Positions 1 to 10,171 are shown, counted from the first letter of the stretch. The stretch is 64,000 nucleotides of DNA from Pseudomonadota bacterium (GCA_036337035.1 JAYZFC010000002.1:208138-272137), one strand, 5' to 3'. The notes: generated by a model from the letters alone, not told the origin. Made by a program: numbers and translations.

Positions 1-977
1 GTTTTGATCTTCCCATAGAGCAGAGAATTGGAGTAGGTGTGGGTATAGCCATGCCCCCAACAAACCGTCCTAATTTAGGTGGTATGGGATTAATGTCAGA
101 TGGAGCTATAACTAACAATGTAGATGGCGTTGATACTAGTAATCTGGTATCACAGGCTCCAGCTAGAATAATTCAACCTAATAATACTTTTTCTGGTGAT
201 CGTCAATCGATAGAGATTGCTGGAGTCTACCTAGAGCTTGTTAAGGCACCAGGTGAAACTGATGATCATCTATATGTTTGGTACCCAAAAGAAAAAGTTA
301 TCTTTACAGGAGATAACTTCTATCAGTCCTGGCCAAATACCTATCCATTGAGAGGAACAGCTAGAAGATCAGTTCGTGACTGGGTTGATAGTTTGAGCTC
401 TATGGTTGAAGAGAAGCCTGAAATAGTTATACCTGGACATACAACACCTATGCAAAATGCTACAGAAGTACTTACAAACTACCGAGATGCACTTAAATGG
501 GTTTTAGATAAAACTGTTGAAGGAGCAAAATTAAACCTTACTCCAGATGAATTGGTTAACTTTGCCCAATTGCCAGAACATCTTATTCATCTTGATTACC
601 TTCAAGATTATTACGGAAGCCAATGGGGTACTGTTCGTGATATATACGCGCAAGATCTAGGCTGGTTTGATGGTAATGTACTAAATTTACATCGGCAAAC
701 TCCCTTAGAGCAGGCGGAAAATTTAGCAGATCTACTAGGTGGAGTTAAACTACTTTCGGTTAAGGTAGATGAAGCGCTTAGATCTAAAAATTACTATAGA
801 GCAGCACAACTTGCTGATGCTTGGTCAAGGTTAGAACCGGAAAATTATGAGCCATGGTTTGCTCTGGCTCAATCTCTTTCAGCTATTGCCGAACAAACTT
901 TTAATGCCCCTGCTAGAAATTATACTCAATCTTCTGCTAATAAGGCACTTAGAACAGCAGAAAATCTTATGGAATGA
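1..977 (+). CDS. MBL-fold alkyl/aryl-sulfatase-like hydrolase, 5'-truncated by the window edge
   Basis: The frame is open from nt 3 through the GTG at 39, so the gene begins upstream of the window. APGETDDHLYVWYPKEKVIFTGDN..YPLRG..VRDW..PGHTTP and the following helical region are colinear with the distal metallo-beta-lactamase half and dimerisation domain of SdsA1/BDS1-type alkyl sulfatases. No SCP2-like tail. Confidence 0.65.
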   Translation, partial: FDLPIEQRIGVGVGIAMPPTNRPNLGGMGLMSDGAITNNVDGVDTSNLVSQAPARIIQPNNTFSGDRQSIEIAGVYLELVKAPGETDDHLYVWYPKEKVIFTGDNFYQSWPNTYPLRGTARRSVRDWVDSLSSMVEEKPEIVIPGHTTPMQNATEVLTNYRDALKWVLDKTVEGAKLNLTPDELVNFAQLPEHLIHLDYLQDYYGSQWGTVRDIYAQDLGWFDGNVLNLHRQTPLEQAENLADLLGGVKLLSVKVDEALRSKNYYRAAQLADAWSRLEPENYEPWFALAQSLSAIAEQTFNAPARNYTQSSANKALRTAENLME

Positions 978-987
978 TTTTTAATTG

Positions 988-1869
988 TTAGCTACCCAAA
1001 AATACAACTGTTTTCTTTCCATCTAAAAAAACTCTTCTCTCTATATGATACTTAACAGCTTTAGCTAATGCGATATTTTCATTATCACGGCCAACTTGAG
1101 CTAGATGATCTGGCATATGGTTATGATCTACTCGAGTAACTATCTGCTCTATGATTGGCCCTTCGTCTAATTCTGATGTGACATAGTGAGCTGTAGCACC
1201 GATTACTTTTACTCCCCGATCATAAGCTTGGTGATAAGGCTTTGCACCCTTAAATCCTGGTAAAAATGAATGGTGGATGTTTATACATCGGCCAATTAAC
1301 TTATTTGAAAAGTTATCAGACAAAATTTGCATATATCGGGCTAATACCACAAGATCAGTATCAGTTTCTTCAATTAATTTAAGTAAAGTTTCTTCCTGCT
1401 CTATTTTATTATTATCATTAACTGATATATAAACAAATTTTATGCCCTCACGTTCTGCTAAATGTTCAAGATCAGTATGATTTGAAACTATGGCAATAAT
1501 TTCCATATGCAAATCACCAGTTTTACTTCGGTAAATAAGATCGTTTAGACAGTGATCAAATTTTGAGACCATTATTATTACACGAGTAGGTTCTTGTGGA
1601 TTATGAAATTGCCATTTCATATCTAACTTTTCCGCTACTTCTGAAAAACCCTCTTTGATTTTATCAATTGGAGGAGAATTATCTTGGGTACGAAATACCG
1701 CGCGCATAAAAAATCTATTGGTAGATTCATCATCAAATTGCTCAAGTGCACAGATATAACAATCTCTATTTGCAAGATAGCTACTTACCGCTGCTACAAC
1801 CCCAGTACCTGCCTCACAAGTAGCAATTAGAATATAATTATTTTTTTTCTTTGTAAGCTTAAAAGACAT
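988..1869 (-). CDS. purU: formyltetrahydrofolate deformylase
   Basis: 293 aa. N-terminal ACT-like domain plus formyltransferase core, with NIHHSFLPGFKGAKPYHQAYDRGVKVIGATAHYVTSELDEGPII. Confidence 0.9.
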   Translation of the reverse strand: MSFKLTKKKNNYILIATCEAGTGVVAAVSSYLANRDCYICALEQFDDESTNRFFMRAVFRTQDNSPPIDKIKEGFSEVAEKLDMKWQFHNPQEPTRVIIMVSKFDHCLNDLIYRSKTGDLHMEIIAIVSNHTDLEHLAEREGIKFVYISVNDNNKIEQEETLLKLIEETDTDLVVLARYMQILSDNFSNKLIGRCINIHHSFLPGFKGAKPYHQAYDRGVKVIGATAHYVTSELDEGPIIEQIVTRVDHNHMPDHLAQVGRDNENIALAKAVKYHIERRVFLDGKKTVVFLGS

Positions 1870-1963
1870 TAGAATTTCACTCTATCGAAGATACATCACG
1901 CTTGTTTATTTACATTAATAAAGATTGTCATATTAGAAAAAAAATAAGTAAATAGCTAATAAT

Positions 1964-2003
1964 AAAAAAATGGGGGTGCCTAAGTGGCTAAAAAGGCTCA
2001 CCC
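1964..2003 (-). terminator. candidate intrinsic terminator of the upstream sugar operon
   Basis: Minus-strand RNA reads GGGUG-AG-CC[14-nt loop]GG-CACCC, then CCA and UUUUUUU. It lies about 140 nt after the stop of the last operon gene. The stem is short and bulged. Confidence 0.35.
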
Positions 2004-2140
2004 TGAGGAGAACTAAGCATATTAATACCTATAATATGTCTATAGAATGGCCTATAACCTCTTCTATGGCGACTTCTTAGACTTAAGCAATAAAAGAATC
2101 ACTAGCATAGAAATATTCAGGATAAGCAGTTCTGGCAGCC

Positions 2141-2655
2141 TTAAAAAGTAAAGTCTAAATTATTTTTAAGTGATGTCGGGTCATCCACCTTGATAAAATG
2201 AATATTTAGCTCATCTGCACATTCCTGATCTGAAATCTGATCGCCAACAAAAATTTCATTTTCATGATTATCAGGAAAAAGTTCTCTATACTTCTTTATC
2301 ATACCTGTATTTGGTTTTCTGCATAAACAATTAGATTCTTTTATATGGGGACATACAATTGCCATAGATATAGGTAGGTGGGCTCTAATTATCTCAAGGT
2401 TTTCATTTATAAATTCTTTAGTTGTAAGTTTTCTGGATATATCAGGCTGATTTGATATTACAACTAAATTAAATTTTTTTTTTTGGAAAATATGAGAATA
2501 TCTTCTATGTCTTGTTTAATATTTACTTCATCTAAATTTCTTGGAGAAGATAACTTATTTGATCTATAAAATGCAGTATTTAATACGCCATCCTTATCTA
2601 GATATAAAGTATTTCTATATTGAGGTTTAGCAAAATGATAAATAATTGGTTCCAT
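2141..2655 (-). pseudogene. gmhB: HAD-IIIA phosphatase (GmhB-like heptose bisphosphate phosphatase) split by a frameshift in an A11 run
   Basis: N-terminal ORF (2464..2655) carries LYLDKDGVLN (the DxDG nucleophile motif). Reading the other frame straight through the run gives KKKFNLVVISNQPDISRKL...CPH...CLCRKPNTGMI...FVGDQISD, ending at 2141. Only the homopolymer at 2474..2484 breaks the frame. Confidence 0.7.
2474..2484 (-). repeat. A11 homopolymer (T11 on the plus strand) at the gmhB-like frameshift site
   Basis: Counted directly in the sequence. One extra A or two fewer As would fuse the two reading frames. Confidence 0.9.
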
Positions 2656-2658
2656 AGA

Positions 2659-3357
2659 TCAAATGACAAACCCAGACTGCTGAGCATCTTCATAGAACAT
2701 TTTTACGGTATCTAGTGAATAATCCTCAGGGCTTTTTCCAAATAACTGCATTTTTTTATAAAGTTGAGGTGACATGGTAATGATATCACAACCTGATTGC
2801 TCTGCAGTTACATAATCATATACCATTCTTGGGCTAGCCCACAAAACATTACAATTGCTATTATTATGAATATAGTCTGATATTTCCTTTACGAAAGGGC
2901 CTGCATTTATACCAATATCATATATTCTTCCTGCAAAAATTGACAAGATAGCCTCGGATTTTTCTAAAACAGGCAAAATATGTTTAATCTGTTCAATTGT
3001 AAAAATAGCTGTAATATTTAACTTAATATCACTTTCTGCTAAATATTTAATCGTATCTACAGTAGATTCGCCATTCGTAAAGGTTATCGGAATCTTAACA
3101 TAGACATTAGATGCTAATAAGGATAATTTTTCTGCTTGATCCACTAAATCAGCATGGCTATCTCCTATTACCTCAAGTGAAACCGGTAGATTATTTGATA
3201 GGCCTAGTACTCTTTTAGAGTGCTCTAGATAATTTTTCACTCCTAAATTTCTAAATAATGTTGGGTTGAATGTATATCCTTCTATCCCCTTATCTGATAA
3301 TTTTTGCATTTCATCTTCAGTAGGCCCATCTATATATATATTAATTTGATTTTTCAT
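2659..3357 (-). CDS. transaldolase family protein (short TalC/Fsa type)
   Basis: 232 aa. GYTFNPTLF and the Schiff-base lysine context YVKIPIT are typical of short transaldolases/fructose-6-P aldolases. Confidence 0.75.
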   Translation of the reverse strand: MKNQINIYIDGPTEDEMQKLSDKGIEGYTFNPTLFRNLGVKNYLEHSKRVLGLSNNLPVSLEVIGDSHADLVDQAEKLSLLASNVYVKIPITFTNGESTVDTIKYLAESDIKLNITAIFTIEQIKHILPVLEKSEAILSIFAGRIYDIGINAGPFVKEISDYIHNNSNCNVLWASPRMVYDYVTAEQSGCDIITMSPQLYKKMQLFGKSPEDYSLDTVKMFYEDAQQSGFVI

Positions 3358-3362
3358 AATAT

Positions 3363-3983
3363 CTATTCACCATTTTTATCTAAATCTTCGATACAAAAAC
3401 ATATTGCATGAAGTATTGCTATGTGGGCTTCTTGAATGTTAGAAGTTTCGTTTGATTTCACTGTAATAGATAAATCTGAAAAATCTTTAAGAATTCCCCC
3501 GCCTTTACCAGCTATTGTAAATATTTTAAGGCCAAGTTCTCTTGCCTTTTCAGCAGCATATACAAGGTTCATTGATGCGCCATTTTCTCTATTTCCCCCT
3601 CCTGTGGTGATTAAAAAAAGAATATCACCTTTATTTCCTAAGGCCTCTACCTGTCTTGTAAAATAGGAAGTAAAATCAAAATCATTAGCCCATGCTGTAA
3701 TGGCTGATGCATTGTTACTTAGTGAAACGGCTGCTAGTGCAGATCGATCTCTACCCTTAAATGTACATAATAGCTCTCCCGCAAAATGCTCAGCATCAGC
3801 ACAAGAACCTCCATTGCCTCCTATAAGAACTTTATTGCCATTTTTATTATTATTATAAATCTCTAGCGCCATGCTTTTAATCACATCGATTTCATTGCTA
3901 ACAGAAGAAATTACTTTTGCACTTTCTTGGAAGTAGCCTTTTAAAAAATTTTTGTTTATTTCACCCATAATAGTTTCTATCAC
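3363..3983 (-). CDS. gmhA: SIS-domain sedoheptulose-7-phosphate isomerase-like protein
   Basis: 206 aa. GGNGGSCADAEHFAGEL closely matches the GmhA signature GNGGSAADAQHFAAEL. Confidence 0.75.
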   Translation of the reverse strand: MIETIMGEINKNFLKGYFQESAKVISSVSNEIDVIKSMALEIYNNNKNGNKVLIGGNGGSCADAEHFAGELLCTFKGRDRSALAAVSLSNNASAITAWANDFDFTSYFTRQVEALGNKGDILFLITTGGGNRENGASMNLVYAAEKARELGLKIFTIAGKGGGILKDFSDLSITVKSNETSNIQEAHIAILHAICFCIEDLDKNGE

Positions 3984-4004
3984 ACTCCAAAAATAATTAC
4001 CAAA

Positions 4005-4832
4005 TTAAATACTTCTACCACCATCCATAATTATAGACTGTCCCGTCATATATGAGCTTGAGTTAGAAGCTAAAAATACAATTGCATCCTCGTATTCATT
4101 CTCATTGGCCCATCTACCTAATAAGGTCCTCTTTTTGACATTTTCAACTAAGTGTTTAGGCTGATTATTGAATACTCCACCAGGCAAAATAGCATTCACT
4201 CGAACATTTTTATATCCCCAATACTCTGCAAGATACCTAGTCATACCAATTAGAGCAGTCTTAACTACTGAGTATCCCAATGGCTTATAGGACTCTATAT
4301 CTTCAAAACTTTCTGTTGGTGAATAAACTCTCTGGTCTGGAGATCTTATTGCCAAATCAGAAGAAATATTAATAATAACTCCATAATTCCTTTCAGCCAT
4401 TCTTGAACCAAAAACTCTTGAGCAAATAAAGGTCCCTGTTATACCAACATCAATTTCCTTATTCCATTCATCTAAATCATAATCTTCAAGTCTTCCTGAA
4501 GGGCCTGCATTAAGATTTTTCATTTCTGGGTTTATTGAAGCATTGTTTATTAATATATCGACTTTCTCGCTATCATTATCTAGATTAATAGCTAACTTCT
4601 CTACAGATTCAAGACTCGTTATATCACAGATAACCGATTCAAAGATTGCCGACGGATTTTCTTTAACTAATTTATGTTCACAGCTATCTAATCCCTCTTT
4701 ATTAACATCCAATAAAAAGACCTTTGCTCCAGCTCGAGATAGAGCTATTGCATGTCTTGGACCGAGAAAACCGCCTGCACCTGTTATTAGTGCCGATTTT
4801 CCAGCTAGCGTATCTTTCTTAAAGTTTTGCAA
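4005..4832 (-). CDS. short-chain dehydrogenase/reductase (classical SDR)
   Basis: TGAGGFLG cofactor motif near the N-terminus and the YSVVK catalytic YxxxK motif. 275 aa. Confidence 0.8.
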   Translation of the reverse strand: MQNFKKDTLAGKSALITGAGGFLGPRHAIALSRAGAKVFLLDVNKEGLDSCEHKLVKENPSAIFESVICDITSLESVEKLAINLDNDSEKVDILINNASINPEMKNLNAGPSGRLEDYDLDEWNKEIDVGITGTFICSRVFGSRMAERNYGVIINISSDLAIRSPDQRVYSPTESFEDIESYKPLGYSVVKTALIGMTRYLAEYWGYKNVRVNAILPGGVFNNQPKHLVENVKKRTLLGRWANENEYEDAIVFLASNSSSYMTGQSIIMDGGRSI

Positions 4833-4858
4833 AGATATATTTTCTCTAAAAAAATAAT

Positions 4859-6049
4859 TTATTTCCTACCAATTCTATCAATTAAATTTGATAGAATCTC
4901 AGCTTTTTTTGATGCCACATCGATATTTCTATAGTTCGTTTTAAATAACATAAGCTTCTTTTGTAAATCTTCTGCATTAGGACATAAGCCATTATCACAG
5001 ATAGTATTACCAATTTTTTTCTTATAAAAAACATTTTCAAGATATGGGTTCATCCAAGCGCTATAAAAACCATCTCCCCCATCTGAAACATACGAATTAT
5101 AGAATTCTTTCCATGTAGTGGATTTTTGCTCCTCTCCCAGAAATTTAAATCCTGCAGTCAAATATGTATGGTTAGCCTCGCTTATTCTTTTCTGAGGTAT
5201 CATCCAACTGCAGCCTTCAACAGCTTTATGAAACATATCAGATATCATTATTCTCCTATCAACAAGTTCATCTATTCTTTCAAGTTGTGCAAGCCCTACA
5301 CAAGCTGTCAAAGGAGTCATCCTATAATTAAGACCTGAAGTATCATGCCTTTTATAAAGTGGATTTTGAAATTCTGAAGAAGCTAAACTCACTCTTCCAG
5401 CTGTTGCTGTTAAATTACCATAACCAATACCTGCATATTTTCTAACTCTGGTTGCTAGATCTTCATTTGAAGTAATAACCATACCGCCCTCACCTCCTGA
5501 AGTCATATGCTTTTTATTTTCAAAACTATAAACAGCCATATCAGCATGAGAACCTGCAAAACTATCTTTATACTTCCCCATGATCGTCTCAGCACTATCA
5601 TCAATTACAATAATATTTCTTTCTTTAGCAAACTCAATAATTGGTTCAATATCTAAAGGTAGTCCAAATAAAGATACTGGCATTATTACCCTAGTTTTTT
5701 CAGTTACTACAGGCTTAATACTATCTATATCAATATTCCATGTATTTGGATTAATATCTGCAAAAACAGGTGTCAAGTTACTCTCAACCGTAACAAGGGC
5801 ATTCATGATTACAGTCAATCCTGGTGATATAACCTCATCTCCTGGTTTTAAATCACATGCTTTTAACGCAGCATGCAATCCTGAGGTAGCAGAATTAACC
5901 GCAATTGCATATTTAGAACCAGAAACTGCCAAAAATTTTTCTTCAAATTTTTGAACCCAAGGATAATTTTTATTCTCTGGAGTTTCTGTATCTAAATACC
6001 TTTTAATATACTTAAGCTCATTACCTATATATTTTCCGAATTTGTCCAT
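4859..6049 (-). CDS. DegT/DnrJ/EryC1/StrS-family PLP-dependent sugar aminotransferase
   Basis: 396 aa. NSATSGLHAALKA and the FENKKHMTSGGEGGMV lysine region are typical of this family. Confidence 0.8.
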   Translation of the reverse strand: MDKFGKYIGNELKYIKRYLDTETPENKNYPWVQKFEEKFLAVSGSKYAIAVNSATSGLHAALKACDLKPGDEVISPGLTVIMNALVTVESNLTPVFADINPNTWNIDIDSIKPVVTEKTRVIMPVSLFGLPLDIEPIIEFAKERNIIVIDDSAETIMGKYKDSFAGSHADMAVYSFENKKHMTSGGEGGMVITSNEDLATRVRKYAGIGYGNLTATAGRVSLASSEFQNPLYKRHDTSGLNYRMTPLTACVGLAQLERIDELVDRRIMISDMFHKAVEGCSWMIPQKRISEANHTYLTAGFKFLGEEQKSTTWKEFYNSYVSDGGDGFYSAWMNPYLENVFYKKKIGNTICDNGLCPNAEDLQKKLMLFKTNYRNIDVASKKAEILSNLIDRIGRK

Positions 6050-6057
6050 AATCGATA

Positions 6058-6819
6058 CTATTTCACCCTCTTGTTAAAATCCGCCTGATTGTTTTTAAAT
6101 TCCTGATTCCTAAACCAATTTATTATAGAAAGATTATTATCCTTTATTACTTTCACAATAATAGATGAATCTTCTAAATATGATACTTTATTAAATAAGG
6201 ACTGATAAAAATTTAAGTCTTCTTCATAGTCAACTGTTAATCTAATATCTGCTAGAAACTCATGCTCACTTCTCGGATGAACTTTAGAATATCTTAAATC
6301 TGCTCTATCTAAAAAAACATCAATCACATCAGTATCTGTATTGTAATCTGAAGCAGTAGAAAATAGTTTTTTCATTCCATTTGCAGAGAATCCTAGAGTG
6401 ATAAGGCCTGGCAAAAGATCATCCGAGCCTTTTACGCTATCGTTATTATCAGATATTAGCTTATTTAAAGCATCTTTTGCTAATGAGAAGCTAAAAGTCG
6501 GATCATCTGCATCAATCAGCATTGCATAATCTAAACTATATTTTTCAAAACAAGAATGCCACCTATGGATTTTATTCAATAAGCTACCGCGATAAATATC
6601 TACATTATTCTTTTGTGCGATAATTGCAACTTCATCATCTGAACAATCCTCCGATGTTGCAACAATTACCCTAAATCCGATTTTTTTTGCTCGAGCTATC
6701 ACAAGCTCTATCATTGATAATTCTTGGAAAATCTTTTGGAAACATTTCTTTTCTAATCTTGTTGATAAAGCTCGAACAGTAACTATTGCTGCCAAATTAT
6801 TTTTTTTAGTATTGACCAT
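6058..6819 (-). CDS. SpsF/NeuA/KdsB-type cytidylyltransferase-like protein
   Basis: 253 aa. N-terminal AAIVTVRALSTRLEKKC...VIVATS...DIYRGS resembles the SpsF-like (CTP_transf_3) pattern ARxxSxRLPxK...ATS...RGS. Confidence 0.55.
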   Translation of the reverse strand: MVNTKKNNLAAIVTVRALSTRLEKKCFQKIFQELSMIELVIARAKKIGFRVIVATSEDCSDDEVAIIAQKNNVDIYRGSLLNKIHRWHSCFEKYSLDYAMLIDADDPTFSFSLAKDALNKLISDNNDSVKGSDDLLPGLITLGFSANGMKKLFSTASDYNTDTDVIDVFLDRADLRYSKVHPRSEHEFLADIRLTVDYEEDLNFYQSLFNKVSYLEDSSIIVKVIKDNNLSIINWFRNQEFKNNQADFNKRVK

Positions 6820-6832
6820 AAAAAAATACTCA

Positions 6833-7558
6833 CTACCTTAACATTCTCCAAAGCCTTATCTCATAGGCTATACCTTTTCCTTGAGATCTTAGAAGAAATA
6901 AAATTGCCTCAGATACCTCTTGTGTAGTCATCAATGAGTCTTTATCAATGTCATCTCTATCTTCCATCATGCTTGTAGATATGCCAGCTGGGGATATGGT
7001 ACCTACTCTAATGTTACTCTTCCTCACCTCTTCATCTAAAGCTCTGGAAAATCCTAGAAGAGCATGCTTAGTTGAGCTATATACTGTATGTCCTTTTGTG
7101 CCGCCACCATTATAAGAGCTTGAAGAACATATGTTGATGATACTACCCCATTTTCTTTTTTTTAGATTTTCGATAAAAAACTTACATATAAGCATAGGTG
7201 CAATAATATTTATATTGTAAGTTGAGAGAATTTCTTTCGCATTAAATTTCTCAAGATTTTTTAAAGAAAATACTGCTGCATTATTTATTATAATATCTGG
7301 GCAACTATAATTCTTCTCAATATATCGACAAGTATTCTCAACTTCCTCTGTGATAGATAAATCGCATGTCAAAACCTCTAATATATTTTTATTTGATTTT
7401 ATTTGCTTCTTAATATGATCTTTTTTATCAGAACCTGAAGTAATACCAATAATTCTAATACCTTGTTCTGATAAAGTTTCAGATATTGATAAGCCTAAGT
7501 CTCCAGTTATACCGGTAACTAAAGCTAGTTTTCCATTGAGTATTAGTTCTGTAGTCAA
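6833..7558 (-). CDS. short-chain dehydrogenase/reductase (classical SDR)
   Basis: LVTGITGDLG glycine-rich motif and YSSTK catalytic motif. 241 aa. Overlaps the upstream gene by 4 nt. Confidence 0.8.
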   Translation of the reverse strand: MTTELILNGKLALVTGITGDLGLSISETLSEQGIRIIGITSGSDKKDHIKKQIKSNKNILEVLTCDLSITEEVENTCRYIEKNYSCPDIIINNAAVFSLKNLEKFNAKEILSTYNINIIAPMLICKFFIENLKKRKWGSIINICSSSSYNGGGTKGHTVYSSTKHALLGFSRALDEEVRKSNIRVGTISPAGISTSMMEDRDDIDKDSLMTTQEVSEAILFLLRSQGKGIAYEIRLWRMLR

Positions 7559-8370
7559 AGCTTACTGTCTCTTATGAGTTTTTTTACAAACCTTAGATAT
7601 TGCTTAGCTGTTTCAATATCATTTTTCCCCCTGGCACCCTGTATAACAATATTACCAGTGAAATTAATTTTTTTTAATGACCTAAAACATGCCTTAAAAT
7701 CAACATCCCCTTCTCCAATCTTAACAGTTGTACCAAAAAGTTTAGTTCTATCTTTAATATGTAAACTATAAATCAGCTTATCAAGCTCTAAAATAGCCTT
7801 AGGCGTATCTTCACCTAATGAACAACTATTACCTAAATCAAAGTTAATCTTTAAATTATCACTACCAACTTTATTAATTAGACTTTTTATATTTAAAGTA
7901 GCTAATGATGTTTCAAGGGAAACCACAATATCATATTTTTTAGCATATTTGGTTATAGATTTAAGTGATCTTATCGCATCTTTTGCGTGATATTTATTTA
8001 AAATAGAACTATTGTCTTCGAGAGATAACGCCAACCTTGGTATGGCAAGTTCACTACAAGATCTAATTAATTCTTTTGCTACTTCAGTTGACTTTTTTGC
8101 TGTTTTACCAAAAATAGGATTGAACATAGAATAATCACAACTAATAGAAAATATTTCAACTTTTGTTGCTAGTTGAACCTCTTGAATTTCCTTCTTACCC
8201 TTTTTACTTAGTAAAGGATTTTTTAAATTATCGAAGATAAATTCTATTCCATCAAAACCTATTTTCTCAGCAATATAAAATTCATTCTTCCAATTATCTC
8301 TTGGGAAAGCCTGAATAAGGTTGTTTATTTTTTTTGAAAGCCGGCCTTGTACAATTCCTATTTTATTCAT
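7555..8370 (-). CDS. xylose-isomerase-like TIM-barrel sugar phosphate isomerase/epimerase
   Basis: 271 aa. GFDGIEF near the N-terminus and an alternating beta/alpha pattern with H/D/E residues (LHIKD) are typical of the AP_endonuc_2 family. Confidence 0.6.
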   Translation of the reverse strand: MNKIGIVQGRLSKKINNLIQAFPRDNWKNEFYIAEKIGFDGIEFIFDNLKNPLLSKKGKKEIQEVQLATKVEIFSISCDYSMFNPIFGKTAKKSTEVAKELIRSCSELAIPRLALSLEDNSSILNKYHAKDAIRSLKSITKYAKKYDIVVSLETSLATLNIKSLINKVGSDNLKINFDLGNSCSLGEDTPKAILELDKLIYSLHIKDRTKLFGTTVKIGEGDVDFKACFRSLKKINFTGNIVIQGARGKNDIETAKQYLRFVKKLIRDSKL

Positions 8371-8378
8371 TTTGACCT

Positions 8379-9386
8379 CTATTTTAAGACGTGGGCACCA
8401 TTGAATTCAAATTTAAAATCTAACACTTTATAACCATTATTAACTAATTTTTCTTTAAATAAATCTCTTTGTTTATCAACTACCATCATAAAAAAACCTC
8501 CTCCTCCTGCACCTATGATTTTTCCACCAAGAGCTCCTAATGATTTTATTTCTTCATACATACTATCTATATTTGTACTCGAAATAGAGCTAGAGATCGT
8601 TTTTTTGATCTTCCAATGATCATCCATTCCAATTCCAAATTCTCTTATTCTCCCTTCTGTTAATTCACTAACTGCTCTTATCCCGATAGATTTGATTTGA
8701 TCATAAGCATCAAGTACTAACTTATCATCTGACTTTAGTTTTTTCTTTTGATCTTCTATAATATTTTCAGATCTTCGTTCAATAGTGGTATAAATAAGAA
8801 AAATGCTCTCTTGAAGACTCTTGAGCTCTTTTTTACCAAGAACTAAAGGTTCACAAGCAACCTTTAGATCTTTACTAACTTTAATTATTTGTATTCCTCC
8901 TAGTGAACTAATATATTGATCTTGATATCCACCAGCCAATCCCAAAATCTCTCTTTCAACATGAAAAGCCTCTTCTGCTATTTCTATATTTGTCCTAGTC
9001 TGTCCCATTAAGTTTCTTATAGATTTAATAAATGCAACAATTAATGTACTGGAAGCTCCTAAACCTGTGAATGTTGGCATTGTTGAAAAAGTTGCTACCT
9101 GGAATGAATCATAAATTTTGAAATACTTTAATAGTTCTCTTATTATTTGATGTGAGACTTTATCGATAGAATTAACTCTTTCTGTCTCAGAGTATTGTAG
9201 AAATATATCTTTATCTAATGATCTTTTGGCAACCATAACGGTTATATACTCATCAATTGAAGCTGAAATCATAAATCCTTCATTTTTTGAAGCATAAAAA
9301 GGTAAGTCGGTCCCTCCTCCTCCTAATGAAATTCTGTATGGAGCGCTCGCTACTGAATGTTTTTTCTTAAACTTAAGCATAATCAA
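8379..9386 (-). CDS. GHMP-family sugar kinase, HddA/WcbL-like (heptose-7-phosphate kinase type)
   Basis: 335 aa. APYRISLGGGGTDLPFY is the N-terminal signature of HddA-type kinases. PTFTGLGASS is the GHMP ATP-binding motif. A C-terminal GAGGGGF is present. Confidence 0.7.
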   Translation of the reverse strand: MIMLKFKKKHSVASAPYRISLGGGGTDLPFYASKNEGFMISASIDEYITVMVAKRSLDKDIFLQYSETERVNSIDKVSHQIIRELLKYFKIYDSFQVATFSTMPTFTGLGASSTLIVAFIKSIRNLMGQTRTNIEIAEEAFHVEREILGLAGGYQDQYISSLGGIQIIKVSKDLKVACEPLVLGKKELKSLQESIFLIYTTIERRSENIIEDQKKKLKSDDKLVLDAYDQIKSIGIRAVSELTEGRIREFGIGMDDHWKIKKTISSSISSTNIDSMYEEIKSLGALGGKIIGAGGGGFFMMVVDKQRDLFKEKLVNNGYKVLDFKFEFNGAHVLK

Positions 9387-9394
9387 AAAAATGT

Positions 9395-10171
9395 CTATAA
9401 CAACTTTTCTACTTCACCTAATAGTGACTGAGAACCAGCAGCAATTATACCTTGTTGCTGTAATATATCTTTAGACTCTGTGTGTATTATTCTGCAATCT
9501 CCTCCGGCAGTAGATAAAAATATCTTAGCAGCAGCAATATCCCACGGTTTATCAGTAGGATTAACATAAACATCTATTCTGCCGGCAGCTACATAAGCTA
9601 ATTCCAGATTAGCTGATTCCAATATATGAATCCTCCTACAAATAGGAGGTGCAACTCTATCAAGAATAGATTCTAATGAATTTTTTTTATCATCAAAATT
9701 AGATTGATTAGTATTAAAGGACACAAGCGCCTCAGATAATTTCTTCTTATTATCTAATTTATACTTTTTATCATTTATATAAAAATCCTGCCCATTTGAA
9801 TAAAACATTTCATCCCTAGATGGATCAAAGACGCCGGCAGCTATAGCTTGATTTTCTTCGACTAAAGTTATTGAATGTGAATAAAATGGAATACTGTTAA
9901 CGAAATTTGTCGTTCCACATATTGGATCAATCACCCATGTGTAACGTGAATCTGGTTTTGAATAAAAATCACTCTCTTTTCCTTCCTCGCTAAAAATTCT
10001 ATCATTAGGAAATAAATTCTTTATATTCTCTAAAAATGCATCATGTGCAATTAAATCTGAATTAGACAAGAAACCCTTATCGTCCAAATAGATTGATCTA
10101 AAATCCTTAGCTTTTTCAACCTTAAGGGCAATTTTCCTCAAAATTGAAGGAATAGCAGAAACTCTATCCAT
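9395..10171 (-). CDS. inositol monophosphatase/FBPase-superfamily phosphatase
   Basis: 258 aa. WVIDPICGTTNF metal-binding motif plus the downstream WDIAA motif. Confidence 0.75.
   Translation of the reverse strand: MDRVSAIPSILRKIALKVEKAKDFRSIYLDDKGFLSNSDLIAHDAFLENIKNLFPNDRIFSEEGKESDFYSKPDSRYTWVIDPICGTTNFVNSIPFYSHSITLVEENQAIAAGVFDPSRDEMFYSNGQDFYINDKKYKLDNKKKLSEALVSFNTNQSNFDDKKNSLESILDRVAPPICRRIHILESANLELAYVAAGRIDVYVNPTDKPWDIAAAKIFLSTAGGDCRIIHTESKDILQQQGIIAAGSQSLLGEVEKLL

Noticed and set aside
1971-2010. TGGGGGTGCCTAAGTGGCTAAAAAGGCTCACCCTGAGGAG, lying between the sugar operon and the purU promoter region, looked like the 5' part of a class II tRNA (acceptor plus GCC/GGC D-arm with a GTGG loop). 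It also looked like a possible riboswitch (ZTP or glycine) upstream of purU.
   Set aside because: No anticodon stem can be closed, and no T-arm (GGTTCGAAT-like) or 3' acceptor follows. Neither the ZTP (pfl) core nor the glycine riboswitch core sequence is recognisable on either strand. The simplest reading is a bulged hairpin followed by T7 on the minus strand, i.e. a terminator for the sugar operon.
3436-5954. Plus-strand ORFs 3436..3666, 4543..4857, 5126..5338 and 5580..5954, antisense to the gmhA-like, SDR and DegT genes.
   Set aside because: All are embedded in well-supported minus-strand genes. They have no recognisable motifs and show shadow-frame composition.
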